Source: a virus
Length of the DNA: 64,000 bases
Direction: 5' to 3' (one strand)
IMG/VR virus record: IMGVR_UViG_3300020190_000008
Part shown: positions 22,101-31,543 of the stretch, in pieces
How positions within the stretch are numbered: position 1 is the stretch's first letter
Layout: each line of letters begins with the position of its first letter
Translations under genes and position numbers: made by a program
Notes under the pieces: generated by a model
The model's input: the letters and a program-made list of their open reading frames with translations, nothing else
Told to the model about the DNA's origin: nothing
The model's database searches: none

Positions 22101-23105
22101 ATTTAGTATATCTAAATTTTGTTTTTTAAATTTTTCTTCAATTATTGTTATTAATTTTTCTAGTTTTTCTTTTAATTGTAGTATTGTTATTTCTGGAAAA
22201 TTATCATCAATTAAACCTTTTGCTTTATATTCTTGATATAGTTCTTTCATTTTTTGTAAACCTAAACTACTTGTAACCGTTTCTGTTTGTGAATTTCCGC
22301 CACTTGAATTTGTTGTTTTTGTTGTTGGTTTAGTGATTGAAAGTTGGTACATAGATGGTACGGCATACATTGCAGGCCAACTAACTTGATTCATGATTGT
22401 GTATTTGTAAGTATAGAACTGACAATTAATTCTAAAATTATGTGAAGACGGGTCAAAAGAACTAGTAAATGTGTGTAACATTAATGGTAATCTCACTGCT
22501 TTACCAATATAACCTTTTATTGTTAAATAAAAAATTGGGTATGGTAATTGAAAAAACGCAGCATAAGGTGAATTATTTCCAGCTTCAAATAATGCTCTAC
22601 CCTTAACATCTTCAAATGTTATTGATATTGTTGGTAAAAATTCTAATCCATAATCAATATTTATTTGAGTTATACCTAGTAATCCATTATCTACAGCACC
22701 TTCATCACCATTTGAATATAATGTCTGATTTATGTAATAATCATCGGATAGATTTGGATTTTGTGTTACTGTTATTTTTGGTTGGTTAACACCTTTACCT
22801 TCTATTGTTCCCTTACCAGTTAATTCATCTGACCAATTTGTATCTAAGAATTGTTTGAATCCTGGATTTAAAAAATTAATTTTACCAACAGAAATTGTTC
22901 TGACTGCTTCATTAGCTGGGACACCAACAGCTAATTTTGTTCTTGGTAGTACAGCACATTCTAAGTTTGCGTACATAACCAAATCTTCGTGTCGAATTAA
23001 TCTATCTTTTATTTTTCCATCAGTATCTATTACTTTATTTGGGTCTATTACTGATATGTTTTGATAGTCAAATTCAACTAATATATTTTCTGAGTTATCT
23101 TCCAT
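16125..23105 (-). CDS. Very large baseplate hub-like protein (gp27/gpD-like elements)
   Basis: 2326 aa. CSIDMLGCALIQPTMYFNL..PMFSGPYMITNVSHRI....FDTSIEG resembles hub C-terminal strands; follows LysM-like gene. Confidence 0.6.
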   Translation of the reverse strand: MEDNSENILVEFDYQNISVIDPNKVIDTDGKIKDRLIRHEDLVMYANLECAVLPRTKLAVGVPANEAVRTISVGKINFLNPGFKQFLDTNWSDELTGKGTIEGKGVNQPKITVTQNPNLSDDYYINQTLYSNGDEGAVDNGLLGITQINIDYGLEFLPTISITFEDVKGRALFEAGNNSPYAAFFQLPYPIFYLTIKGYIGKAVRLPLMLHTFTSSFDPSSHNFRINCQFYTYKYTIMNQVSWPAMYAVPSMYQLSITKPTTKTTNSSGGNSQTETVTSSLGLQKMKELYQEYKAKGLIDDNFPEITILQLKEKLEKLITIIEEKFKKQNLDILNKLEDYVEKFNEYQSQIYYYSGLDSWKNRWFDDENVFIKNDKEKTVLYKYKPEFNDPQQKPKAITDLDGIIKNYNNLLTSNTAVGKDIPIPIQIGTFFQNVNISDINISETYKKRIGKTFSGLTTSEEYIKYRNDLNKEITDYSNVGQYPGLTFFEGPKSFIELMKKVKEKYDIKKKEIEEKITKDIQNEFSNPTNGLGFQPTIRNVLAVFFAQGEAFLRMLDDVHTKAWDLRNDDNRKKAVFNTSTTVQSVDVKNSELDSPVYPWPQIIKESFEEGKEKYVLSYPGDDDLAFQFNAYNPEIWPEVQFVEEFLRGYTQVTPPKFDNGPTGNFLERPNRFSFNATEFTIGNDVYQNTEEVKFFYEIYERMLVNSFYSKFNRKSIKDNNIQQYVGESETTDILKAISDDNPFISQKLKQYNINSSIYGGFLRHISNQGEGQAWQNFIRGIINTPYLKNDTDVSFFMYKGSILDEDKALPNVGLTNEQPVINYFGGSVINDDYDFTDLYPLTDLDWCKDYLANGEAIQSKIDVFKTSDTLEYNKTIKLVKNKENLSPIVNFNYKSSVFDQTLNLQNLETFYKERKIKDQYTTEGNLYYENYDGKLVAKQTTSMFNTPYFANAIQKGLYEFRYSLIEKSPYKAASYLFLNSLPLATLRDKYKTYNSDGSVTTNSYILPSLKKFGAIHEVPYAWVLKYGGIWHRYKKFKLDGVDILDGIWENTDYIGNYDPAFSSTTTQYNIQVEGTNYDIVLDGVNTSGPNQKTIINTGFYPKLLDDFHVFLKGTKLFSQTSNIEGTYYVTGSTLEVVSLNFVALEPGLILSGSTLAPATTIIQQLTGTSGSTGTYIISPVQGIVVSPPTNAQPFIVTNKPIPGYQNSNIQNAINEDFRMIPTTSALINKGPGILSPNSSLICLPWSCYTLTPDKKSIFTLPSFGSNINQAKQECFNSNGSMKIDISNNPALHNGAVRLFWKAPNYGYFDNSKLAKPQPDEYIKEIFTNQEEQENFGVFGDSTKYSKISELFTTFTPEILDQFEKQFLLFSKSVYDFESNLQPREEEITVEETYENFQGLMRTMFKTINPEGLTGSALINEITENQKKSFQKTIETFMDYQVVFKYGNPSNFDKKMFYSFSTDFIQDPYTWAGYVQNSPGILPTQGGTITLAQSKTQSPETWKALETYVGFSEIPELEYTNNGSYITDFFIDMDMEFTENNVKFYAPMIKLYATQKLKDPTLTMNKFFGLMNSYIKDGETYLNLILDNTLTSVRNKLGSVSIKQNQTGVKFKEYLGEISRYETWDMFKTINDTWISGADLRSKTLFEDVLLVDRASRDVGQKIFVDIFLLKDRISQWLPSNNMLGIVNTILTDNRFTYWILPAYANFYNVQDVSKNPNPRPEGTLEFAKTLFGTHTTVDYRETGAKIVAMYAHVDSKHLAMNTNADYRFRDDAFDLRRASDNPLLESQEGKTNWDKSNKVVGFNVDFGPQNQQIFKQIDIGQDVGEPTAESLQMLNQMANQSRNRTSASQSVSLYNIYRNRSYKCSIDMLGCALIQPTMYFNLRHIPMFSGPYMITNVSHRISENGFDTSIEGQRQPFYSIPAIDSLLQSLSTNILTTIKERIKKEEDAKKTTETNNVIKETSDATNKVQENNKPKPSEVQNCSTALDSAYTNYTATTPSQTVITVGNAYSKITEIVNQFAPQGVNPQQVSAFINTFFSLIYINSKNGESFSNYNNNFSSVPLNVNYGEPAKKYFNNSYVCLSSNGTQSPFAVFSDFESHIKFLVDKYKDKILGSPIISITPDSEVNKKSYIDAIAEFIVNKFPTEKNVWTSLTEQVKKEYIQKVTEAITFVLSNQPKPVVQPPQEPEIPIFLFEPKLLPASIGKIVNGLIISLNPEADKRKIFYVSIILASTSICAGTGLYNLGTEYVSSDGQTFNMTFNQIFDQFGCLEEPINDQVGKYYLQFQMYSTPIKSDGSPDRTREDYYKIFKLNFEFNQSGTPILIQN

Positions 23106-23418
23106 AATAAAAGAAATGGTTATCTATTGCACTTTTATATTCCTGTACAGAAGTTAGTAACGGATATGGAATTGTCAATACAGCACCGTCTGGTATATTA
23201 CTTTCTAAACCGGTATATCTTGGGTTTGCTTGCATTATTAACCAACCAAATAAAGGACTGTTATAATATTGTTGTGAAATTTTATCTAATCTTGATTGAC
23301 CAAATCTGTATATATGTTTTTTATCAGATGGTTTTGAAGGTAAATTCACATAAGGGACAACTGTTTGTTGACCATTTTGTAAAAACATTGCGTATCTATT
23401 ATAATATTGTTGTGCCAT
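23095..23418 (-). CDS. LysM-like baseplate protein (T4 gp53/gpX-like)
   Basis: RLDKISQQYYNSPLFGWLIMQANP...IPDGAVLTIP. Confidence 0.8.
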   Translation of the reverse strand: MAQQYYNRYAMFLQNGQQTVVPYVNLPSKPSDKKHIYRFGQSRLDKISQQYYNSPLFGWLIMQANPRYTGLESNIPDGAVLTIPYPLLTSVQEYKSAIDNHFFYYGR

Positions 23419-23419
23419 A

Positions 23420-26400
23420 TTAATTAAATGTTATTTTGTCATTAAATGTATTATCATTGTTTATATTATTATCAGAATAAGTTTGTTTCAATAGTTTTTC
23501 GTTATCTTTATAGTTATTATCTTTTTTAGTTGAATATTTCAATGTTGTTGGGAACGGATCTATTTTATAGTTTTTATATATTTGATATGTTTCACTAATT
23601 TCAAAATCATTTAATATTTTTTTCTCAGTCTCATATTCTTCAACATACACAGTTTTTAATTTTTCACAAATTTCTCTTATATCAATTTCCATAAAAGTGT
23701 TTTTCTTAACCAATTCTGTCATTAAACTTTCAACAAATGGTTGGTATTTTGCATCGTCTGTAAATATTTGTGACATTATTAGATAAAATCTTTCTTCTTC
23801 GGATGTTTCAAACTTTGATTCTAAAATTGGTGTATAATCATTTTCTTGATTAAGTGTTGATAAATCAATAACAGTTTTATCTTCTAAATCAAAAAGATAA
23901 TCTAAAAGTATATTTTTTGTTTTGTATTGATAATTATCTGAAATATCAGAAAATGTATCACCAGTTACTGAGTCTAACAAATCCAAATTATAAACTTTAT
24001 ATTTACCAGTATCTAATTTATAACCATCTATTTTTTTATCAACTAAATCCAACTTTCTAAAAGTTTGTACATAATCTTCTTGATATTTTGTAATTTCATT
24101 TTGTGGTCCAATTAAAACCTCATTGATTTCATCTTCTCTAGTAGAAAGTAAATCAATTAATTTATTTTTAAGTTGTCTTATTGCTGAATCTGGAAAACCT
24201 ATAGGATTTTCTTTTACTTTTAGAACAATTGGGTTTAAATCATCTTTTACATCTTTTATAGCTTGTTTTATTTGTTTAGTAATAATCTCCTCTGTTTTAA
24301 TTGTTTTACCAAAAATTGTAGTGTCTTCGTATTCTGTATCATATTGTGCTAATCTTCCTTTGAAATATTTTGTATTCAGATATGAATATTGGATGAAGGC
24401 ATAATTAGTAACATTGTTGATTGTTTTTAATTGGTCAAAAATAGTTGTAAAATAATTTTTAGTTTTGTCGGATAATTCTTTAAAAATGTCGGTATATTCT
24501 ATTTCACCTTCTTCATAATTACCATTATCAAAAGAATTTGTACTAAGTATTTTACCAATTGTTGACCCACCAGGGTTTGTAACATTATCTGGTACATCAG
24601 CACTTGTTACTTGAATTGGTGGTGGTGGTGTTTCTTTTACTGATAATATTTGTGCAACAAGTTTTTCGTCTTTTTCTTTTGTACTTTCTGTTGGTACAGA
24701 TCTTTCGTCATAAATTTCAGTGTTAGCATAAAAATTAAATGAAAGTGCGTTTTGTAATTGTGCTACTGGTTCTGCAAGACCGTGTCCACCAATAAAATCA
24801 AAACTTAATGAAGCTTTTGCAATCATAGGTTGTACACCAATACCTTCCGGATTAATATCATAAATTAATGGTTCATAAGATATTTGTAACTGTGTTGGGA
24901 TAATCTTGGTATGGTAGAAATCACCGATTCTTAAAACCAAGACTGGTGGTGTACCAAAAGAAGTATTTCTAGCATCATTATATTTAGGTTTACCATCTGG
25001 ACCAATTACTGGGATTGTTTGCCCAGGTCTAACACATTGATTTAAAAATGTTAATCTAGCATTAAGACCTTCTGGTGTTGTAGAATGGAAAGCAGGGCTA
25101 AAATATTTTATTTTGTCCTGGATACTAGCAAGAACCATTGGTTGGTCTTCTTTTATCAAGTCAAAATAATCACACTCAGAAAATAAAAATCTAAGTACTT
25201 TTTTAGAAATACCTTCTTTTATTTTTTTTGCTGGGTCAATTGGTTTTGGTGTTACTAACGGTGGTACTGGAACTATATCAACAGTTGTTGTTGATGTTGT
25301 GACCGCAGTTAATGGTGGTTCAGGTATTGTTGTTGTAGTTGTTGTTGGGGGTGGTGGTGGTTGTGTAGTTGTTGTTGTGGTTGTTGGTACTGGTGTTTCA
25401 ACTGTAATTTTATCAATACCAACTCTACGACAGACCATTGCAGGTACACTATACCATTGTGAATTATTTGTGACAGCGTTTAAGTTAACATCTTTTATAT
25501 TATTAGTACAGTTAACACCTTTACCAGCACCATTATTTGTTTGCGGTATAATGTATTGTTCACCACTTGCTTTATATTTAAAAATAATTTTATCTCCTGT
25601 AACTAAACTTTGTATTGTTTTACCATCAAGTTTTTGTTTTAAAAACCATTTTTTAACAGAATCATTTCTTCTTTGTGATAAATTATCATTATATCCAACT
25701 GAAGCTGGTGCTGAAGCCGAGCCTTGTAATTCCAAAGTAACTTTACCACCTTGGTCAATTATAATTTCTTTAAGTTTTGGTAATAATTCATTTTTAATTT
25801 TTTGAAAATTACCTATTATTACTTGGTCAAAAAATGGTATTACTTCTTGTCTTGTAAATATACTACCTCCACTATTAACTTTTGCTGGTGCTGAATTTCC
25901 AGCATATACAGTTTTTCTACCTAAATAAATGTTAGACCAATATTCGTAATCTTGACTATCAGGAACTTCAGTTGCATAACTTCCATACCCAAATGGATAA
26001 TCATTATCGAAATAAAAACCAAAACCTTCAAATTCTTTTAATTCTGTTTTTGTTATTTCTTGTTGTTGGTCTGTAACAATATTTGTGTTTGAAATTACGT
26101 TTGAATTGTTTGTCGATTGGTTAACATTATTACCGGTTCCAGCAATTGTTACACCATCTCCACCAGTATTACCATCTATTACTGGTTCTGGGTTTGTCGG
26201 AATTTCATCTAAAATTCCATATTTTTCTTCGTCTGTTAATCTTGGGTCTGCCAATAACTTTTGGTATTCATATAATTGATTTACAGGTATTGTATTAAAT
26301 TTTGCTGCTAAATCATATAAATCATATTTTACACAACCAGCAAAAAATGAATCCATAATTGAATCAACTTGGTCTGGTGGTAATCTATCCAATTGTTTTC

Positions 26401-28549
26401 TAACAATTGTATTCATCATAGCTGGGTGGTCAACAACAATTTTCCAAGATATTGACCCAGTTCTTGTTGTATTTTTATATGTGTGAATTGGTTCTGGTCT
26501 TCCAAGAAAAGATGTTGGGTTCCAGTTGGCGGTTGATGAATCACTAAATGTTAAATCATATGGTGGAAACCACATAATTCTACCACCGTTTGGTCCTCTT
26601 TCACATACCGGTAAATCATCATATGTGTATCCTGGTTCACTTGATGTTCTCCATGCAAGGTTTTCTAAAGAAAACATATATTTTTTTACTTTTTGGTCAA
26701 AAATATTTGTTGATCCAGGATTTCGTAATGGTGCGATATTTAAATTATATGTATTATCTAAAACAGAATTGTGGAATTTTCTTCCTGCCGTTGTAATACC
26801 ATCTGTTTTTTGTAAGTCAGCATATGTTAAATACGGTGTATCTTTTTGGAAAACTCTACAATATTCTCTTCCGACTTCTGTTCCTTCAATACCTATTGTT
26901 TCAGAATCAGTAACACTATCATAATAAGCAATCACTTGTGAACCTTTGGTCATTTCTTTATATCCATCGTTGAACACTTTTGAAATTTGGTTAATTGCAT
27001 TTCCAACGTGTTGTAGTCTTTTTGCACCAATAACATTATCGGCAGAATTTATTAGTCTTTGTGTATTATCTAATATTGAACCTCCTTTGAATTCAAATCC
27101 AGAAGACTCTGTATCCGCATTAAATTCACCTTTAACCGCGTCAAATTCTTGATCTTGTGGTTGTACTGGGTCACCACCAGGTGCCACCTTAAATCCTATA
27201 TTATCTTTATATTTTGGTGATGTCCAAATAAACTGTCCAGTAATTCCTCCTTGGTTGGAATATGGTTTACCTGGTAAACCAAATTTAATTTTACTTTCAT
27301 TTCCTTCGTATAACTTACCTAAAGTGTCTGGACCATAAACTGGACCTTGTTGTTGTCTTCCAAATCTATCAACAGGGATTTCATTTGCTGGAGAATTAAT
27401 TGTTGATGGTTCCGCTTGGTCACTACCAACATAATATCCACCACCTTGTTCACTATTAGCACCAAGTAAATTATTGATTGCGTCTGTTACACCTAAAAGA
27501 AATCCCTTTTCATATTTTGGTTTATAAATGTTGTAATCTAAACTTTTGAATAAAACAGATTTTTGCCCATATCCAGTATTCTTTAAAAATAAAACTGATG
27601 GGTTTTCACTTGTTGCTAACAAAGAACCCAAGGCACCACCAGTTAAATTATTTACAACATTAAGAGCACCTTGTGTTTGATTATCTTGACCCTTAAAAGG
27701 TTTTGTAAAATAATCACCAGGTATTAGTGATACAGGAAAATATGTACCACTTAGTCTATTGGCAAAAGAAACGGCAGCTAATAGTGGATTGTCTGGAACT
27801 GTAATTTTCCAATTTTTATTTATAAGTGGCTGTTGTCCAGTTGCAACAAGTGAAGCTTCGAAAGGGTCTTGTAGTGAATCTAAATTAATAATACTATTAA
27901 TTGTATTGTTAACCTCATCTGCTATTCTTTTTTCAAAAGCTTCTTTTAATTTCTTTGCACCGATTTGTGCTAACAATGAATCTTGTGATAAAGGTCCTGG
28001 TGTTCCCGTTGGATTTGATGATGTCAATATTTCAAAAGGACTATATACAGAATATAAAAAGTTGATTGGTACCGATTGGAATACACTACCGTTAGATGTT
28101 GCATACGGTGAAAAGTATTGTAAATTACTAAAACTATCAGTTATAATAACTAAATCTTTATATCCACTTTCTGGGCCATAAATATTTTTTATATAAGCTG
28201 AATCAATATAGAATTCATTAACTAAATCTATTTGTGCGTCATCTTGGCCATATTCACCTTGATTTGGTGTTACTGGTAATGGTTCACCGTCTGTTGAAAT
28301 AATATTATTATAACCACCTTCAGGGCCATATTCATTTAATGAATATAGTTGGTTTGCTTGAACTGTAGTCCCAACTAAATCATTTGGTGAATCAATGACT
28401 GAACTATCATTCATTGGTGATACTTCGTAATTTACATTTCCAGATGGTGGACTATAAGCTCCTGGAACATTATATGGGGGTAAATTTCTACCCATAAGAA
28501 TATTCCTAAATGTGGATGTTGAATTGAACGATAATGAACTTTCAGGCAT
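23420..28549 (-). CDS. Large baseplate/tail-tube-initiator-like protein with OmpA-like domain and poly-Thr/Pro tract
   Basis: WFPPYDLTFSD..A.W....FLGRPEPI and PPVLVLRIGDFYHTKII tube-initiator-like segments; GSAS...YNDNLSQRR..SV OmpA-like motif; follows tape measure gene. Confidence 0.65.
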   Translation of the reverse strand: MPESSLSFNSTSTFRNILMGRNLPPYNVPGAYSPPSGNVNYEVSPMNDSSVIDSPNDLVGTTVQANQLYSLNEYGPEGGYNNIISTDGEPLPVTPNQGEYGQDDAQIDLVNEFYIDSAYIKNIYGPESGYKDLVIITDSFSNLQYFSPYATSNGSVFQSVPINFLYSVYSPFEILTSSNPTGTPGPLSQDSLLAQIGAKKLKEAFEKRIADEVNNTINSIINLDSLQDPFEASLVATGQQPLINKNWKITVPDNPLLAAVSFANRLSGTYFPVSLIPGDYFTKPFKGQDNQTQGALNVVNNLTGGALGSLLATSENPSVLFLKNTGYGQKSVLFKSLDYNIYKPKYEKGFLLGVTDAINNLLGANSEQGGGYYVGSDQAEPSTINSPANEIPVDRFGRQQQGPVYGPDTLGKLYEGNESKIKFGLPGKPYSNQGGITGQFIWTSPKYKDNIGFKVAPGGDPVQPQDQEFDAVKGEFNADTESSGFEFKGGSILDNTQRLINSADNVIGAKRLQHVGNAINQISKVFNDGYKEMTKGSQVIAYYDSVTDSETIGIEGTEVGREYCRVFQKDTPYLTYADLQKTDGITTAGRKFHNSVLDNTYNLNIAPLRNPGSTNIFDQKVKKYMFSLENLAWRTSSEPGYTYDDLPVCERGPNGGRIMWFPPYDLTFSDSSTANWNPTSFLGRPEPIHTYKNTTRTGSISWKIVVDHPAMMNTIVRKQLDRLPPDQVDSIMDSFFAGCVKYDLYDLAAKFNTIPVNQLYEYQKLLADPRLTDEEKYGILDEIPTNPEPVIDGNTGGDGVTIAGTGNNVNQSTNNSNVISNTNIVTDQQQEITKTELKEFEGFGFYFDNDYPFGYGSYATEVPDSQDYEYWSNIYLGRKTVYAGNSAPAKVNSGGSIFTRQEVIPFFDQVIIGNFQKIKNELLPKLKEIIIDQGGKVTLELQGSASAPASVGYNDNLSQRRNDSVKKWFLKQKLDGKTIQSLVTGDKIIFKYKASGEQYIIPQTNNGAGKGVNCTNNIKDVNLNAVTNNSQWYSVPAMVCRRVGIDKITVETPVPTTTTTTTQPPPPPTTTTTTIPEPPLTAVTTSTTTVDIVPVPPLVTPKPIDPAKKIKEGISKKVLRFLFSECDYFDLIKEDQPMVLASIQDKIKYFSPAFHSTTPEGLNARLTFLNQCVRPGQTIPVIGPDGKPKYNDARNTSFGTPPVLVLRIGDFYHTKIIPTQLQISYEPLIYDINPEGIGVQPMIAKASLSFDFIGGHGLAEPVAQLQNALSFNFYANTEIYDERSVPTESTKEKDEKLVAQILSVKETPPPPIQVTSADVPDNVTNPGGSTIGKILSTNSFDNGNYEEGEIEYTDIFKELSDKTKNYFTTIFDQLKTINNVTNYAFIQYSYLNTKYFKGRLAQYDTEYEDTTIFGKTIKTEEIITKQIKQAIKDVKDDLNPIVLKVKENPIGFPDSAIRQLKNKLIDLLSTREDEINEVLIGPQNEITKYQEDYVQTFRKLDLVDKKIDGYKLDTGKYKVYNLDLLDSVTGDTFSDISDNYQYKTKNILLDYLFDLEDKTVIDLSTLNQENDYTPILESKFETSEEERFYLIMSQIFTDDAKYQPFVESLMTELVKKNTFMEIDIREICEKLKTVYVEEYETEKKILNDFEISETYQIYKNYKIDPFPTTLKYSTKKDNNYKDNEKLLKQTYSDNNINNDNTFNDKITFN

Positions 28550-28609
28550 TAATTTTAATTTTATTTATAAATAGATTATAAATAATTTTTTTGAAATGTA
28601 ATTAAGACT

Positions 28610-30613
28610 TTATTGTGGTTTGTACAAGGCTGGCATTAAATTATTGTTGGTTTGAATGTCATTAATCTTTTTAATAAAATCAGCCATTTTATTTGGGTCT
28701 TCATAATATTTTTTGATAGCATCACTCATTAATGTTGTCAAAGCTTCATTTCTAATTGCTGGGTCCATTGAAACTGTTAAATCAACTTTATTTGATAAGT
28801 TAATGTTTGAACTTGGGTTATTTGTATTATTAACATTAGTATTTGAGCTGTTATTATTAGTATTACTATTTGTAGAAACGTTATTGTTTGTACTTACCGA
28901 TGAATTAGAAACGTTTGATGATGATGGACTTGATGTACTTGACGGTTTAGCACCACCAGTAAAATAAGATTTCATTTTTTCTAAATCACCCAACAAACCT
29001 GAATTACCAGATTTTGTAAAGTATTCTAAAATTTCTGTTCCAACATTTGTAAATAAACTAAGTACGTCATTTATATCTTTTATCTTACTTATTTCATTTA
29101 TTAAATCTTTACCTTCAGTTGTAAATTTTTTAGATAGGGCGTTCAACATTTCTCTTTGGTTTTCAGTTCTTCTAAATTCTTCTGGAATTATTGCATCTTT
29201 ATTTGGGTTATCTTTGTCTTGAAATAATTTTTCTCTGGTATCAGTTGTTATTCCTTTATATAAATCTTGTGATGGTTTTGCTGTTGTTATGGAATAGGCT
29301 GTAGCTTTTTTTGTTGCATCGAAAACGGCATTTAGTCTTTCGAGTTCACCAAGTTGTTTTTTTGCAATTTCTTCCATTGTTGCACCTTCCAACTTTTGTT
29401 CTTCCCTTAACAGTTCTAATTGATCACCCGTTACTTTACCGGCTTCAACCATATCATATTTACCAGTCCAAACATCCTTACCTTCAGCATCTTTTTCCAT
29501 TCTTTTAACCTTGACTTCTGCCATACCAGTTTTTTGGTTAATTGTTGCTAAAGTTGCTACCAATTCCCTATCTTCTTTAGACATGTCAGACCTAAATTTG
29601 ATTTGTTTCATATTGTAATCTAACTTGGCTGCCGCTGTTCCCATTTTTGTTAATTCATGTTCACTTATGTTAAGTTCTTTTGCAATTTCCCTTAATCTTC
29701 TTTTTTCGCCTGGCATTATTTCAAAACTTCCAAGTTGTTTATTAAACTGAACAAAATCTTTTGTCATTGTAACAATTTGGTTTTGTAATTCTGTTGGGTC
29801 GTTTGCTGATAAATCCATTAATTTTAATGGGTCAAGTAATGCAGTTGTTGAAACACCTAGTCTTTGCATTGCTGCTGCTGTTTTAATAGCACCTTCTGGG
29901 TTAAAAACCGTTTCTGCTAACTGAAAGACACCTTTCATGTCAAAACCAAGTTTTGTTGATTGAGCTGCCATTTTTGCTAGTCCTGTTATACCACCTTGGA
30001 AATTATACATATTCATTTCCTTCATATTTTCAACAACTTTTGCTGCAACATCTTTAACAATAACACCAGCTTCTTTTGCTGTTTTAACAACTTTCATCAT
30101 TTCGTCTGGTATTGACCTTAAATTTCCACCAACACCTTGAAATGCTCCAGCTAATTTACCAATTTCAACACCACTTACTTTTGTTGTTGCTGCTAAATCA
30201 AAAAGTTGTTTGTCGGTAATTGAAATGTTTGTACCGTACAACTTTGAAATGTTCATATAGTCGTCGGCGACTTGGTTCATTTTCAAACCAATTTCAGCGT
30301 ATTTGGCTCCGGCATCAGCAACTAATTGTCTAAATTCACCGGCTTTTTGTGCTCCAAGACCTAATGCTTGATTAATTTTTGCTGATTGTTCATCTAAATA
30401 AATTAACCTTTCTAATTGTTGTTCAAGACCAAAAATATCTTTAAAATTATTTTTGATTAATTCAAAAAGTTCTCCTACTTGTTTTACAGCATTAATACCG
30501 GATTTTGCCGCACCTTTGTATGCGCCTTCAAAATCAGAACCTGTAGTAAATTCACCAGTTCTACCCTTTGGTTGAGTTTCTAGTTGACCACTACCATCAC
30601 CTATTGTAAACAT
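28610..30613 (-). CDS. Tape measure protein
   Basis: Ala/Lys/Met-rich helical 667 aa; position after tube and chaperone genes. Confidence 0.7.
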   Translation of the reverse strand: MFTIGDGSGQLETQPKGRTGEFTTGSDFEGAYKGAAKSGINAVKQVGELFELIKNNFKDIFGLEQQLERLIYLDEQSAKINQALGLGAQKAGEFRQLVADAGAKYAEIGLKMNQVADDYMNISKLYGTNISITDKQLFDLAATTKVSGVEIGKLAGAFQGVGGNLRSIPDEMMKVVKTAKEAGVIVKDVAAKVVENMKEMNMYNFQGGITGLAKMAAQSTKLGFDMKGVFQLAETVFNPEGAIKTAAAMQRLGVSTTALLDPLKLMDLSANDPTELQNQIVTMTKDFVQFNKQLGSFEIMPGEKRRLREIAKELNISEHELTKMGTAAAKLDYNMKQIKFRSDMSKEDRELVATLATINQKTGMAEVKVKRMEKDAEGKDVWTGKYDMVEAGKVTGDQLELLREEQKLEGATMEEIAKKQLGELERLNAVFDATKKATAYSITTAKPSQDLYKGITTDTREKLFQDKDNPNKDAIIPEEFRRTENQREMLNALSKKFTTEGKDLINEISKIKDINDVLSLFTNVGTEILEYFTKSGNSGLLGDLEKMKSYFTGGAKPSSTSSPSSSNVSNSSVSTNNNVSTNSNTNNNSSNTNVNNTNNPSSNINLSNKVDLTVSMDPAIRNEALTTLMSDAIKKYYEDPNKMADFIKKINDIQTNNNLMPALYKPQ

Positions 30614-30642
30614 AATATTAATTACTTTATCTTATAAATAGT

Positions 30643-30795
30643 TTAATCTTGATTTTGTTCAACCAATTTGTCAATAACATATCTTCTAAAATAAGTTGGC
30701 ATAATAAGGTAATCACTATAAGATAATTTTATCATCTTAGCTAAGAATATATATTCATCAATGAGTCTTAATTTATATTGCAAAGAAAGGCCGAA
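30643..30795 (-). CDS. Second tail assembly chaperone segment (T4 gp51 / lambda gpT-like), probably made by frameshift
   Basis: Not in ORF track. The +1 frame reads FGLSLQYKLRLIDEYIFLAKMIKLSYSDYLIMPTYFRRYVIDKLVEQNQD*, overlapping the end of the upstream gene at TTT-TTT-CGG. Confidence 0.7.
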   Translation of the reverse strand, partial: FGLSLQYKLRLIDEYIFLAKMIKLSYSDYLIMPTYFRRYVIDKLVEQNQD

Positions 30796-31543
30796 AAAAT
30801 TCCACCCCAAAAGCAATAGACACTACTACTCTTTCTCCGGACGGGGCTATGACTTCTTTTGATAGATCAAGTTTAGGTTCGTTTTCAAACATAAAACTTC
30901 TAATATATTTAGAATCAGATATTGGCATTGTTTCTATAAATTTAGCAATATCACCTTTATTGGCTTTTCCATCTAATTCAACGATTAACTTATTAAGTCT
31001 TGTTGTAATAGTTGGTTGAATTCTACCTTGTGGGTAAGTATCTAATACTCTTTCAATTTCAAGATAGTCACGCATAACTAATGGTTTTAATTTTACTGTT
31101 GATTTACTTTTAGGTAGTAAAACCGTAAACGTACCATCTTCATTCGGTTGGACTTCATTCTTTTTAATATTTAATTCATCTAATAATATTGTAGCATCAA
31201 ATAACTTTCCTGTTTGTGGGTCTGTTACTTTAACAACGTATTCTGGACCAAAAGAAGTATTTCTTAAAAATAACAATATTGCTTCAATATCACTATCAAG
31301 TAAATCTTCTGGTCTTAAATCTGGTTCATATAATTTATTTCTTAGTAATGGTAGAATTATCGTTTCTTTAATAGATTTAGTACCATCCATATTAACCAAT
31401 ATATTTTCGTCAGCGGCCGTTAAGTAACCAACTTTAACACTTTTCTTTTTGTTTGGATAGAATATTCCTCCGGAAGGAAGTGGTACCACGTCGTGTGGTA
31501 AATTAAAATTCATTTGTCCGTAATCATTAACATTTGTTTCCAT
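30773..31543 (-). CDS. Tail assembly chaperone / baseplate hub assembly protein (T4 gp26-like)
   Basis: VPLPSGGIFY, YLTAADENIL, D.EAILLFLR..SFG, LPKSKSTVKLKPL, C-terminal EFFRP; lies between tube and tape measure genes. Confidence 0.8.
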   Translation of the reverse strand: METNVNDYGQMNFNLPHDVVPLPSGGIFYPNKKKSVKVGYLTAADENILVNMDGTKSIKETIILPLLRNKLYEPDLRPEDLLDSDIEAILLFLRNTSFGPEYVVKVTDPQTGKLFDATILLDELNIKKNEVQPNEDGTFTVLLPKSKSTVKLKPLVMRDYLEIERVLDTYPQGRIQPTITTRLNKLIVELDGKANKGDIAKFIETMPISDSKYIRSFMFENEPKLDLSKEVIAPSGERVVVSIAFGVEFFRPFFAI

